NCBI GenBank assembly: GCA_021777565.1
Contig: JAJYDJ010000002.1
Coordinates: 5,082 to 69,081, forward strand
From: a bacterium
Lineage (GTDB): Bacteria > Patescibacteriota > Microgenomatia > Levybacterales > UBA12049
Reading direction: 5' to 3'
Length of the DNA: 64,000 nt
Part shown: piece after piece, positions 10,001 through 19,345 of the stretch
Numbering within the stretch: position 1 is the first letter of the stretch
Layout: each line of letters begins with the position of its first letter
Notes under the pieces: generated by a model
What the model was told of the DNA's origin: nothing
The model's input: only the letters and a program-made list of their open reading frames with translations
Databases searched by the model: none
Made by a program: the position numbers and the translations under genes

Positions 10001-10916
10001 AACCAAAGGTGAAGTTGGTTCTGCCTGCGGTTGATGGTGCCCAGTTCCACACAATGGCGTTATCTGCGTTGGAAAGAGTTGAGGTTCCTGTTGCAGCAGT
10101 CAAACCACTCAAACTTGCACTCCCTGCTCCACCACACCCGCTACAAGAAGCAACTGTGAGTGCACCAGACTTTGAAATCTTCCATGACCCTCCAGTGCCA
10201 ACAATGTCATTTAAGTTGGTTCCGGTTGCACCTGAGAGATTGAACTGTAACCCGGTCTGATCAAAGGCACCCGTCCCAGAAAGTGTAATAGACTGACCAA
10301 CCAGCGCCGCTGTCTGAGTTGTACTGTCAGAAATACCAAGCACGGTTCCTGACGCCTGACTTGGCGCAATGGATTGAGTGAGTGCATTGCTGGTCAGAAT
10401 TGTCCCACTGTTGGTAGTTGGCAAGCTGTAACTGTTGCCCGATGTTCCTGAGAAGTTAATACCATCCACCGTATCTGAGTTAAAGGCATACGGCACCGCA
10501 GAAAGCCTGATACGTGGGGTCATTTCTGCATCGCTGCCAACCTTGATGCCCAGATACCACGTGTCCTGACTAAAATCGACTGATCCAGGAAGTGCAGTCG
10601 TAGCACCAAGAGGTACTTGGAAGATCCCGTTGACTGTCGCCACGGTATCAGTCTCTGTCCAGGTCGCCGACCCTCCGCTTGAGACGGTATAGATACTAAA
10701 GACGACACTGTAGTTCCCATCTGTCACGTTCGTCCCATCTGCGTTGGTCAGCTTCCCTTGAAAGCTTATTTGCTTATTAATGCCACTGGCAGCAAAAGTT
10801 CTTTGGAGAGAGAAAATAGAGGCCGAAAAGAGAGCGATCATCAAGAGCGCGATAAGTGTGATCCTTTTCACGCGTTTCACAGACAGTTTGGCTTGATAAC
10901 TAAGTGTTTTTCTCAT
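7083..10916 (-). CDS. large secreted Gly/Thr/Ser-rich surface protein with tail-fibre-like glycine-rich region and C-terminal intramolecular-chaperone (peptidase G2-like) domain
   Basis: Signal peptide; FQGKLT N-domain; TFTASGTWTKP..GGGGGGG Gly-rich block; ADVAEMY..GIVSTQPG..LSGRVPVKV..PGDYLT..GVAMKA motif. Confidence 0.8.
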   Translation of the reverse strand: MRKTLSYQAKLSVKRVKRITLIALLMIALFSASIFSLQRTFAASGINKQISFQGKLTNADGTNVTDGNYSVVFSIYTVSSGGSATWTETDTVATVNGIFQVPLGATTALPGSVDFSQDTWYLGIKVGSDAEMTPRIRLSAVPYAFNSDTVDGINFSGTSGNSYSLPTTNSGTILTSNALTQSIAPSQASGTVLGISDSTTQTAALVGQSITLSGTGAFDQTGLQFNLSGATGTNLNDIVGTGGSWKISKSGALTVASCSGCGGAGSASLSGLTAATGTSTLSNADNAIVWNWAPSTAGRTNFTFGSTSAPASGTNTALALSLTHTSNTMTNGLLVNVNGSGGTTTNGIQISQTTGTLTNGLSFAGTIGTDINLGTIAATGISGTLANTTAANATGVSLTTGTITTSGTQTGVGISLTAVGAGTVNGLLITPPATTTSGGTMNGITIGSITTSNGGNTAISIGTGWDTGIAVGSGKISLGAASSATGNIVFNDSANANTVTLQAGATAGSYTWTLPTADAAGCLQSNGSGTLSLSACGDTNTQTFTASGTWTKPANALMVIVEVWGGGGGGGGGAGGSTSTIELGGAGGGGGAYSTTQISGSSLGSTVAVTVGSGGNHGNGGSSAAGTAGSAGGPSCFSTSANCAGTMYEEAFGGGGGSAGGTTTSFGGGGGGGGNNAVGANSTTNTGGAGGGPLGAAASTDNSGFGGAGGRTATTGTPGVGGSGAYGGGGGGGSSTNGAGNGGNGGGSIQGGAGGGAGASCAVTTCTQRSGGAGGHVPGTGGGGGSAGSGAGGPGGVGADGVGSGGDGGGGGAVNPSGTGGAGGNGGARGGGGGGGGAGETTTGGAGGNGGAGYVRVRTLMGTGADVAEMYNTNDTTLMPGEIVSIDASLSAGVMRSSGAYDRNTLGIVSTQPGLIIGDGNIQGAKTVLVALSGRVPVKVSMENGEILPGDYLTPSSTPGVAMKALKSGSIIGQALTAYTDPDMPGYVVAFVKNSFTTGQTLAQSIPGLDANPVTAGQQALSYLMSHPVATNSATLSELTTDRLTAGLEIITPRILTDQLAVQSDATFSGVLRAAEIHADHIDGVDEQLASLSARLSLLESLFGTSTQSAVLGLSTSASDSGALTLSSDSGTATVSGSLRVKQNALVEGMLQVVDTLTATNSIVTSLATFMGDAVIHGNTHLLGDIFVNRDHAGMVSIPAGSDHVSITFSKDYQATPVITANIALDASVGSDVTQAIVSGDIRYTLTQISPHGFTIQLNKTVTSPVPFSWTAVSVEN

Positions 10917-11012
10917 GGGCAGGTCTCGCGCATGCGCGTATATATATTAGTATGCAGACATTTTTTTATGTTCGTCAAGTTATAAACAACAATACAATTT
11001 CTTTGTATACTA

Positions 11013-11041
11013 TTGCATAATATTGTTATAAATTGTATACT
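11013..11041 (+). promoter_or_regulatory. promoter for leaderless HTH gene; repeated TTGTATACT (11003-11011, 11033-11041) is a possible operator
   Basis: TTGCAT-17-TATACT, 6 nt before ATG 11048. Confidence 0.55.
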
Positions 11042-11047
11042 TAATTC

Positions 11048-11323
11048 ATGCAGAATTTGCTTACCGTCTCACAAGTAGCTGCCATACTTCACATTCACCC
11101 ACTCAGTGTTCGTCGCTATATTACGCAGGGCAAGCTCCAAGCTATCAAGATCGCCGGCAATATTCGTATCCCCCAGGAAAATTTACAGGCACTTGAAAGG
11201 CAAGCGGCACCCAGACAAGAAAGACCATCACAATCTCCCTCCCGTCTTCTTCTGCATGTCTTTCGCGACAGTGATCCCCTTTTTCGACTGGAAGGAAGAG
11301 GAGCAAAACCATCAGAAAAATGA
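11048..11323 (+). CDS. excisionase-like helix-turn-helix DNA-binding protein (possible antitoxin)
   Basis: LLTVSQVAAILHIHPLSVRRYITQGKLQAIKIAGNIRIP. Confidence 0.85.
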   Translation: MQNLLTVSQVAAILHIHPLSVRRYITQGKLQAIKIAGNIRIPQENLQALERQAAPRQERPSQSPSRLLLHVFRDSDPLFRLEGRGAKPSEK

Positions 11324-11373
11324 TGTATCAAAACATATAGTAATATGTATAAATATTTCGCAATAAATCAATT

Positions 11374-11790
11374 ATGACAAAGAAAGTATTCCTCGCTGCC
11401 GATATGTTAGTCGCTTTTGTGGACCGTATGCACCCACAACATCTGCATGCCAAAACCCTCATGCATTATTTTGCCAGTGAACACTTTGCCTTGTTCACCA
11501 CTCCAACAATCCTTGATCATGCCTATACCCAAATCGCTCAGGATATCAGTGTGTCACTCGCCCGCGAGCTCCTGGATAGTTTTGCTAAGACTGAGGTTAA
11601 TATGCTCTTTCCCGATGACAAAGATTTGGCACATACCTATGAACTGGTCACCAACAGTCCAACTCTTGAGATAACGTTTACTGATGCGCTGCAAGCTACC
11701 TTGTGTGTAAGAAATCACATCCCTTCTATCGCGACCTTCTCCTATATCCACCCGTACCTTGGCATGAGCGCATTCTATTTACCGGTATGA
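11374..11790 (+). CDS. PIN-domain (VapC-like) protein with degenerate active site
   Basis: VFLAADMLVA..D..H..A N-terminus; ITFTDAL..IATF C-terminus; 138 aa. Confidence 0.7.
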   Translation: MTKKVFLAADMLVAFVDRMHPQHLHAKTLMHYFASEHFALFTTPTILDHAYTQIAQDISVSLARELLDSFAKTEVNMLFPDDKDLAHTYELVTNSPTLEITFTDALQATLCVRNHIPSIATFSYIHPYLGMSAFYLPV

Positions 11791-12824
11791 AGCACGTTAT
11801 TGCACTAACTATACTATTATATATAGGGGCTCTCACACCCTCACTTGCGCAGGCAGCAAATCCGGCAAGCACGAACTACGCGATACAAAGCTACAGCGTG
11901 GGTTCGGGTGGACTGGGAACAGGAAGCTCTGCAAGCTATAAACTCAACGGGATACTGGGTCCTCTGTCCGGGAACACCTCCTCAACTTCTTATGCATCCA
12001 AGAATGGGCTTTCTTTTTTACAAACCGTCAGTGTACCCCCAGCGCCAACCCTCACCAATCCAAATAACTATTACAATAAGTTATCACTAACGCTTGCGAC
12101 AGGTGGCAACCCAACTGACACCATGTATGCCATTGCCATTTCTCCCGATAATTTTAGTACCACAAAATATGTCCAATCCGATGACACACTCGGCAGTTCT
12201 CCTGTCTGGCAGACCAATACACTTTGGGGAGCCTCTGGATTTACCCTCATTGGGCTTACTCCTGGCACCACATACAGTGTGAAAGTGACAGCCAAGCAAG
12301 GAAATTTTTCACAAAGTCCTTTTGGGCCAGTGGCAACTGCTGCGACAGTTACGCCAAGTTTTACCTTTAGTCTCTCTACCAACGCGGTTGGGCTAGGACA
12401 ACTTACTCCTGGGACCGTAATTACCGCACCAACGACGGTGACGACAACCGTTAGCACAAATACCAATGCTGGTGCACAAGTGGTAATTTATGATAAAAAC
12501 AATGGACTTCTCAGTAGCGGCACCAACTACACGATCAACTCAGTGAGTAATAACCTCGCAACAACAACCGAAGGATATGGCGTGCGAGGTAAGACTGTGA
12601 CCCAGACCAGTGGTGGGCCTCTTGAAATACTCTCCCCGTTTAACGGCAGTGGGAATATCGTTGGGCAAGTGGCAACGACCAAACAAGTTCTTTTTGATTC
12701 TTCAGGGGCGGCAATAACCAATGGACAAGGAACCTTTGAGATTCAAGCGAAAGCAGGAAGCGGTGCCAAAGCGGCTACTGATTATTCTGATATTTTAACT
12801 GTGGTGGCCTCAGGTGTTTTTTAA
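11787..12824 (+). CDS. secreted FN3 + WxL/pilin-like domain protein
   Basis: ATG overlaps PIN stop (ATGA); signal peptide; GLTPGTTYSVKVTA FN3 motif; C-terminal DYSDILTVVASGVF. Confidence 0.8.
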   Translation: MKHVIALTILLYIGALTPSLAQAANPASTNYAIQSYSVGSGGLGTGSSASYKLNGILGPLSGNTSSTSYASKNGLSFLQTVSVPPAPTLTNPNNYYNKLSLTLATGGNPTDTMYAIAISPDNFSTTKYVQSDDTLGSSPVWQTNTLWGASGFTLIGLTPGTTYSVKVTAKQGNFSQSPFGPVATAATVTPSFTFSLSTNAVGLGQLTPGTVITAPTTVTTTVSTNTNAGAQVVIYDKNNGLLSSGTNYTINSVSNNLATTTEGYGVRGKTVTQTSGGPLEILSPFNGSGNIVGQVATTKQVLFDSSGAAITNGQGTFEIQAKAGSGAKAATDYSDILTVVASGVF

Positions 12825-12897
12825 AAAATTTCAGTGTTATATTTCAGACAACAGAAACTCTTGACAAGTCAAATCAATCTATGTGTATACTAAGTAT

Positions 12898-13926
12898 ATG
12901 ATCCGTTTTGGGAACAAAAAACAGTTTACTCGAGCTCTCATGGCCACACTTTTAATGGTTGGTCTCTATGAGCAAACCCTTCTGAGTAGTGCGCACGCAG
13001 CTGCGGCATCAGGATATATTCGACTTGATCGTTTAGGTACCTCTGCTGTTGGTGGTGCACTCGTCTGTATGACACCACAAACAACGGCAACTGAAGGCAA
13101 AGTCGTCCTCACCTTCCCTGGAACTGGGTCAGCAGGGTCAGCAAGTTTTGGCGTAGCTGCGGCAGGATCATGGACGACAACGACAACTGGCATTCCATCA
13201 GGGACAAGCGCATGGAGTGTCTCTTCTCCTGTTGTTTCAACCAACACGGTGACTTTTACCAGTCCTGACCTTACTGTTGGGACAACCTATTGTTTCATCG
13301 TTACGGGGAATGCCCTCACCAATCCATCCTCTGCTGCGTCGGGTAACACCTTAACTGGCAGTATTCAGACTCAAACATCAGGCGCATCAGCTATCGATAC
13401 CGTGAATAACGCCTATGCCATTATTTCAAACGATCAAATTTCTGTTACCGCAGCTGTTCCACAGTCCTTCACCTTTTCACTGGGATCAAATGCCGCAGCA
13501 CTTGGGACGTTGACCCTCGGCAGTACTATTAGCTCATCAGGTATTGTTTTGACCGCAATCACAAACGCACAACAAGGATGGCAAGCATGGGTTAAGAGTA
13601 CCAATGGCGCACTGAGTTCTGCAGGCACGGGTGGTTCTATCACATCTGCTCAAGCTGATCTTTCCAGTGCATCCAATGGCTATGGACTTGTCGTAAGTGC
13701 CACCGCTGGAAATGCCGTTGCTGATGCTTCAACGTATGCCCTCGGGGGCACAACAGTAGGTTCACTGGCCACTACCTACAAAAGGCTTGGATACTACTCT
13801 TCTGGTCCATCAGCTACTTCAGGGGATCAACTGACGCTTACGGTAAAAGCAAAAGCTGATTCTTCAATCAAGGCCGCAAGTGACTACAGTGACACACTCA
13901 CCGTCACTGGTGCAGGTTCATTCTAA
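12898..13926 (+). CDS. secreted S/T/A/G-rich protein with WxL/pilin-like C-terminal domain
   Basis: Signal peptide ending AHA; FTFSL..LGTL..TNAQQGWQ..DYSDTLTVTGAGSF, paralogous to the C-terminus of the upstream gene. Confidence 0.8.
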   Translation: MIRFGNKKQFTRALMATLLMVGLYEQTLLSSAHAAAASGYIRLDRLGTSAVGGALVCMTPQTTATEGKVVLTFPGTGSAGSASFGVAAAGSWTTTTTGIPSGTSAWSVSSPVVSTNTVTFTSPDLTVGTTYCFIVTGNALTNPSSAASGNTLTGSIQTQTSGASAIDTVNNAYAIISNDQISVTAAVPQSFTFSLGSNAAALGTLTLGSTISSSGIVLTAITNAQQGWQAWVKSTNGALSSAGTGGSITSAQADLSSASNGYGLVVSATAGNAVADASTYALGGTTVGSLATTYKRLGYYSSGPSATSGDQLTLTVKAKADSSIKAASDYSDTLTVTGAGSF

Positions 13927-14993
13927 TGACACGACATACCGCTAAACTGTGCTGCCCAGCATATATCCGTTTCCTTTTTTGCGTGCTTATCGGGGCTGTC
14001 ATCGTGAGCATGTTTGCTCACCACACATATGCGGCAGAACCATTTAACATCACCTCCTCCCCAACTTCATTTGATCTGAGTGGGCAACCAGGAGGAACGA
14101 TAACCCAGATGGTAAAAATCAGAAACAATGCAAGTACTCCAGTGACCCTCCAATTTAGTATTAAAAAACTGATTGCAGGAGCCAAAGGAGATATTTCACT
14201 CACTGACTTTGGTCCTACAGATACGTATCAACATTGGTTAACTTTCCAAACAGCCAGTGCTACCGCTAGCCCCAACGACTGGGTAGAGATGCCATTTACC
14301 ATTCATATTCCAACAGATGCCAGTCTTGGGTATTATTTCGCTCTTTATATTGCTCCACTTGATACTCCAGGCACTGCCCAAGAACCAGCCGCTCATCTGA
14401 ATGGATCTGTTGCTATTCCAGTACTCTTAAGTGTACGAAGTGGCAAAGTGAGTATCTCTGGAGCCATCAACTCCTTTACTACCAGCCCCTTTTCTGAGTA
14501 TTTGCCAGTCAATTTCGATCTGACCTATCACAATACAAGTAATATTCATGTTCGCCCACGAGGAGACATCTTTATTAAAGATGCGACCGGGAAAGAAGTC
14601 GCTATTCTCCCGATTAACCCCAGTGCCAGCAGTGTAATTCCTGGCATGACAAAAGACTTTATGATTCCCTGGGATGACAGTTTTATTACCCAGGAGACTG
14701 TCATGCAAAATGACATGATTGTGTATGACAGCTCCCATCATCCCCGAACCCATTTGGTTTTCCATTTCGACAGACTTCTGCACATGCGCATCGGGAGATA
14801 TACTGCCACGGCTCTGGTAGTGGTACCTGGAGACACACAAGATTATTCTTACGAAAGTAGCACCAGCTTTTGGATTATCCCATGGGAGATACTTACTGGG
14901 GCACTTCTTTTGGCAACATTTACACTTGCTGGGATATTCTTTACTATAAAAGGAGCTGTCCAGACGACCCATCGCCTGATACAACACCGCTAA
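13926..14993 (+). CDS. DUF916/DUF3324-like (WxL-partner / PapD-like) membrane-anchored protein
   Basis: Signal; SPTSFDL..PG..IRN; IHIPTDASLGYY; NTSNIHVRPRG; FWIIPW then C-terminal TM. Confidence 0.7.
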   Translation: MTRHTAKLCCPAYIRFLFCVLIGAVIVSMFAHHTYAAEPFNITSSPTSFDLSGQPGGTITQMVKIRNNASTPVTLQFSIKKLIAGAKGDISLTDFGPTDTYQHWLTFQTASATASPNDWVEMPFTIHIPTDASLGYYFALYIAPLDTPGTAQEPAAHLNGSVAIPVLLSVRSGKVSISGAINSFTTSPFSEYLPVNFDLTYHNTSNIHVRPRGDIFIKDATGKEVAILPINPSASSVIPGMTKDFMIPWDDSFITQETVMQNDMIVYDSSHHPRTHLVFHFDRLLHMRIGRYTATALVVVPGDTQDYSYESSTSFWIIPWEILTGALLLATFTLAGIFFTIKGAVQTTHRLIQHR

Positions 14994-15000
14994 TATCAGT

Positions 15001-15882
15001 ATGAAACGATATCTGCTCCTCGCGTCATTTGTGTGTTTAGCTTTACTTATCACGCCTCGTGCCTTTGCACAAGCAGGTATTACTGTTGCTCCCGCGTTCG
15101 TCTCCTTAGATTTGTCCAACAATAAACCATCAAGCACGGTCTCCTACACGAATGGCTACACATACCCTGTTCGTGTCAACATATCAGTAGATCAATCCTA
15201 TGATCTGGCAAATCCAGAACCGATTGCTCCATCCAAGTGGATATCATACAATCCTACCTCCTTTGTCCTTCGCCCAGGGGAAACACAAAAAGTACTTCTT
15301 ACTTTTGCACCAAATAAGCTAAGTCCGGGGGGGCATTTTGCAAACTTGCTTGCACAAATTCAGTACAGTGGCGCACCAACCGGACAAATACAACTTCAGG
15401 CAATCATAGCCACTAGTATTGCTCTTCGCACTCACACTGGCAACGAGCATGATCAAGCTTCAATAGTTTCTCTATCACCTATTTCAGCCTTTTGGAAGTT
15501 TCCTGCAGAATTCCAACTTGTTATGAAAAACAATGGGAATACCTTGGTCATCCCCTATGGCAAACTAGACCTTTCAACCAGAGACACTACTTTGATTGCC
15601 CGTGGGATACTTAACACTGGATCACTCGTACTCTTCCCGGGAGCGACTCGTTCCTTTACCATTCCCTCACAAAATGTTACATCAACCATCTGGCCTGGGG
15701 TGTATCACGCAACACTTACCGTGCATTATAGTGATAGCAATCAGGTCCTCACCAGACAGATAACCTTTTTCTCTTTTGGGACGTTTCCTATTAGAAGAGT
15801 GCTAGCGGTACTTGGTGGGATTGGTGTCCTTTGTGTAGCTTTTTTTGCATATTTTAGAGTTCGCGAAAAGCAATCACATTAA
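15001..15882 (+). CDS. second DUF916/PapD-like membrane-anchored protein
   Basis: Signal AFA; FVLRPGETQKV; NNGNTLVIPYG; PGVYHATL; C-terminal TM with basic tail. Confidence 0.7.
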   Translation: MKRYLLLASFVCLALLITPRAFAQAGITVAPAFVSLDLSNNKPSSTVSYTNGYTYPVRVNISVDQSYDLANPEPIAPSKWISYNPTSFVLRPGETQKVLLTFAPNKLSPGGHFANLLAQIQYSGAPTGQIQLQAIIATSIALRTHTGNEHDQASIVSLSPISAFWKFPAEFQLVMKNNGNTLVIPYGKLDLSTRDTTLIARGILNTGSLVLFPGATRSFTIPSQNVTSTIWPGVYHATLTVHYSDSNQVLTRQITFFSFGTFPIRRVLAVLGGIGVLCVAFFAYFRVREKQSH

Positions 15883-15886
15883 TTGT

Positions 15887-16450
15887 TCATTTTATTACGA
15901 TCGAGTCTTTAATTCGATTAAAAATAATGTCCATTTTTTCACTATTTTCCCCTGAGATAACGATACTATAAACATTTTCGTCCTGGAGAACAAACCATGA
16001 TCTTTCACCATCTGGTGGATTCTTTGAGAACGTGTATGCAGTGCTCCCCATTGCTCGAGTGGCATAGCTGGGATTTATTTTTCGCATATCGACAGCTGGA
16101 TCACCGGTGATATCTGACAGTCCAGGCCTTTTGGTAACACTTATCTGTCCATCAATATGAAAGATGTTATCGAAGAAATGTACGTTCTCAAGAAGCAGCC
16201 CTGACGGAGATGCACTGACAGAGAGAGATGCCCATGCAGGATACACAAAGGTCACATACTTCCCATGGTAAGTATCATAGATATTCGTATCAACTGGCGT
16301 TAATTGTGGTTCCCGCCCCAAAATTTGTTTATAAACATCCATTTTCTCTTGAGACGTGAGGCGGGCTTTGGGAGAATTCTCATATCGAGTGACGAGGATC
16401 ACACCAACTGCCAAACAAATCCCACCAATACCAACGATCCACCAGCGCAT
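15887..16450 (-). CDS. membrane-anchored PsbP-like hypothetical protein
   Basis: N-terminal TM; YVTFVYPAW motif; ends IFNRIKDSIVIK. Confidence 0.65.
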   Translation of the reverse strand: MRWWIVGIGGICLAVGVILVTRYENSPKARLTSQEKMDVYKQILGREPQLTPVDTNIYDTYHGKYVTFVYPAWASLSVSASPSGLLLENVHFFDNIFHIDGQISVTKRPGLSDITGDPAVDMRKINPSYATRAMGSTAYTFSKNPPDGERSWFVLQDENVYSIVISGENSEKMDIIFNRIKDSIVIK

Positions 16451-16500
16451 ACGTTTTTATCATACGCAATACGCACTATATTTGCTATGCTAGAGATAGC

Positions 16501-18549
16501 ATGAAGAAAATCATTCTCTGCCTCATAACCCTTGCTATTTCACTCTTTATTGCGGGGCAACAACTCCTTTTTGCAGACCAGACTATTACGGTCACTGGCA
16601 CTGTCCCTCCACAAACAAAAGATTTTACCTTTTCACTGACCCCAGCGACTACCACATCTACCGTAGCTCAAAACACGACACTGGCATATACCCTAAGCTA
16701 TGGATCACTTGCATCCTCTGGACAAACGACAACAGTTACACTGACAGCGACCTACACGACACAGGCAAGTGCAGGAGTAGATTTGCTTGAGTATGTGCCG
16801 GGGAGTGCAACCACTGGATATAACGGGGCAACACCTGTCATTAATTTGTTAAATCACACAATTACGTGGCAAGTTTCACTTCCCGCTGGCAAAACACAAT
16901 CGGTCAGCTTTAGTGTCAGAACAAACAGTAACTATACTGGCTCAACTGCGCAGGCATTAACTATTCATGCAACCGCTGCAAACCAGTTCTTTACCTTTGG
17001 TGATTTGACTGATACCAAGTCCTATGTGTACACCCGTCAATATACGCTTACTGCTGCGAGAACTGCGCCAACGACAACACCTACTCCCCAACCCCAGCAA
17101 TCACAACCATCCGTAACACCATCACCTATTCCTCCAACTGGGACAAAAGCCACCTCCCCAACCCCCGTCATATCAGTAACACCACTACCAATTCAGACAT
17201 CCTTGCCGCTGGCATTTACTTCCTTTGACATTGCCGGGGTAACAAGTAACACCATAACTATCGAAGCAAAGACCAATTATCCTACCATTGCAACCCTTGC
17301 CTATGGGACAAGCTCACGTGTACTTACTGCGTCAGTTAGCGATAGTGCAGTATCTACCACACACACTCTCACTCTCTCAGGACTCACGGCGCACACACCG
17401 TATTACTTTAAAGTCCAGGCAGGAGGTAAGTCCTCCGATTTATTAAGCGCCATGACTGCTGAAACGAGTGTCCCCCAACAGGTTGCGCCACTGACTGTTA
17501 CATTTGCGAGCGAGAACTTAACGCTTTCAAGCGTACAATCGACAACAGGACAAATCTCTTCGTCAACCAACCCTTCTGTTCCACAAGCCTCTCCCACTCC
17601 TCCAGTCGTCGTACTCCCTGTGCAACATCCATTTCAGGTAAGTTTTGAGGTCACACAAAAAACACCTATCGTCTCTATTATTGGCATTCTAAAGAATAAA
17701 CACGTGCTTGGGATTAATACATTTGCATATGATGCCGGTGACGAGACACAGGTCCCCGTTATTGAGAAAGCGCCAGGTGTCTATTCGCTGAATCTCACTA
17801 CACCACCTGCTCCTGGGTTGTATGAACTACAAGTACAAATTTTAGATACTGCAGGGAATGTCACTCGCACCCCTGTAGGAACAGTAAATGTTACCCATCC
17901 TTTGCTTGTTGAAGACGAAGCAACGAATAACCCAGTCAATGCACGCGTGCTCTTTTATCGAAGAGATTATCTCAGAAATGCATACATCAGACTCGCTACC
18001 ACATTTGAAGATGCGATGAACCCGGCGTTTACCGATGCACATGGAGAGATAGTAAGTGTCCTTCCACCTGGTGACTATCGAGCTGATGTTTCCAGCCTTG
18101 GCTATGATCAAAAAACGGTTTATTTTACTATTGGCGGAGAGCAAAGCACCCAATATCCAACCATAAAACTACATAAAAATATTCTGGGACTGAGTAATTA
18201 TCTTTCCTACCTCAAAAATGGCCTTACCGATACGATGGAAGCTTTTACTGTTTTCAAAACACTCATAGCCTCCTCACGAAGACTTCTAGATGATATAACG
18301 ATTATTTTAATAATACTTCTCCTCATAACTATCGTGACTACTTGTATTAAAAGATGTATACCACAGAAGAAACTTCCACATTTTGCCCATCTTACAATGA
18401 TGATACTTTCTATGATTTTTGATTTCATACTGCTTACACTAGGAGTGCTCCTTCTAATCTATATCACTTCTATGGGTTTTATAGTAGTGCTAGTACCTTC
18501 AGTTCTCTTTCTTGTAATACTTATTGTCTGGGTGCTACGGGAGTATTAA
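16501..18549 (+). CDS. surface protein: DUF11-like Ig, PT linker, FN3, carboxypeptidase-regulatory-like domain, 3 C-terminal TMs
   Basis: YVPGSAT, ITWQV, LSGLTAHTPYYFKV, TDAHG..LPPGDY..GYDQKT. Confidence 0.75.
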   Translation: MKKIILCLITLAISLFIAGQQLLFADQTITVTGTVPPQTKDFTFSLTPATTTSTVAQNTTLAYTLSYGSLASSGQTTTVTLTATYTTQASAGVDLLEYVPGSATTGYNGATPVINLLNHTITWQVSLPAGKTQSVSFSVRTNSNYTGSTAQALTIHATAANQFFTFGDLTDTKSYVYTRQYTLTAARTAPTTTPTPQPQQSQPSVTPSPIPPTGTKATSPTPVISVTPLPIQTSLPLAFTSFDIAGVTSNTITIEAKTNYPTIATLAYGTSSRVLTASVSDSAVSTTHTLTLSGLTAHTPYYFKVQAGGKSSDLLSAMTAETSVPQQVAPLTVTFASENLTLSSVQSTTGQISSSTNPSVPQASPTPPVVVLPVQHPFQVSFEVTQKTPIVSIIGILKNKHVLGINTFAYDAGDETQVPVIEKAPGVYSLNLTTPPAPGLYELQVQILDTAGNVTRTPVGTVNVTHPLLVEDEATNNPVNARVLFYRRDYLRNAYIRLATTFEDAMNPAFTDAHGEIVSVLPPGDYRADVSSLGYDQKTVYFTIGGEQSTQYPTIKLHKNILGLSNYLSYLKNGLTDTMEAFTVFKTLIASSRRLLDDITIILIILLLITIVTTCIKRCIPQKKLPHFAHLTMMILSMIFDFILLTLGVLLLIYITSMGFIVVLVPSVLFLVILIVWVLREY

Positions 18550-19345
18550 GAGGGACCTTACGAATCTTGGCAAAGAGGATTTTCCCTGTTACTGTCTGTA
18601 TGACTCTGGCAATAGTCACCGGCAGTATCTGGTCTACTTTTTCTGCGGCCTGCTCTACGACGATCATTGTCCCATCATCCAGATATCCTACTCCTTGGTG
18701 TTTCTCTTTCCCGGTATGAATGATCTTGATCGTGAGATTTTCACCAGGAACGACATGAACCTTAAATGCATCGGCAAGCGCATGAACATTCACCACTTTA
18801 ATACCCATAACCTGTGCTTTCTTCTCCAGATTGGCATCCCCTGTCACGATACGTGCACGATATTTCTTTGCCAGAGCCAACAGCTGTTCATCAACCTCTT
18901 TGGCTGTGATCGTTTTATCATCCACATAAATAATCTGGGCACTGCGTTTTTTTCTTACCTCTGAGAGCATGGCGAGAGCCGCCTTGGCTCGTGGTTTTTT
19001 CAATTCATCTTTGCCATCGGCAATATGTTTGAGCTCATGCAGTACTCCTTCACACAAGGTCACCACACTCGGACCAAACCCTAAGATCATCGCATCAAGA
19101 ATGCGTTTATCGATAATGGCGGATGTATCAAGAAAGAGGCTGCCAATCGCGTCTTTTTTGAGCGTGGTCGTTTTGGGTTTGGTTGGCTTTTTAGGAAGCT
19201 TCGCTATGACCAGTTTTGCCACCTCATCAGCAAAGGCGGACATAGAAAATCTCTGTTGGGGTGAATTGGGGGCCACGGTCTTTACCAGCTCAGCGACTGG
19301 TTGCATGGCAATGGCTGTTGGTTGGGTTGGTTGTTTATCTTTCAT
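18521..19345 (-). CDS. PIN/TRAM domain protein (YacL family)
   Basis: LDTSAIID.R, GKEKHQGVGYLDDGTMIVVE, VIQT.TGKILFA; adjacent to radA. Confidence 0.9.
   Translation of the reverse strand: MKDKQPTQPTAIAMQPVAELVKTVAPNSPQQRFSMSAFADEVAKLVIAKLPKKPTKPKTTTLKKDAIGSLFLDTSAIIDKRILDAMILGFGPSVVTLCEGVLHELKHIADGKDELKKPRAKAALAMLSEVRKKRSAQIIYVDDKTITAKEVDEQLLALAKKYRARIVTGDANLEKKAQVMGIKVVNVHALADAFKVHVVPGENLTIKIIHTGKEKHQGVGYLDDGTMIVVEQAAEKVDQILPVTIARVIQTVTGKILFAKIRKVPLNTPVAPRQ

Noticed and set aside
8296-10260. Pro-rich + strand ORFs (257, 96 and 278 aa)
   Set aside because: Shadows of the Gly-rich minus-strand gene.
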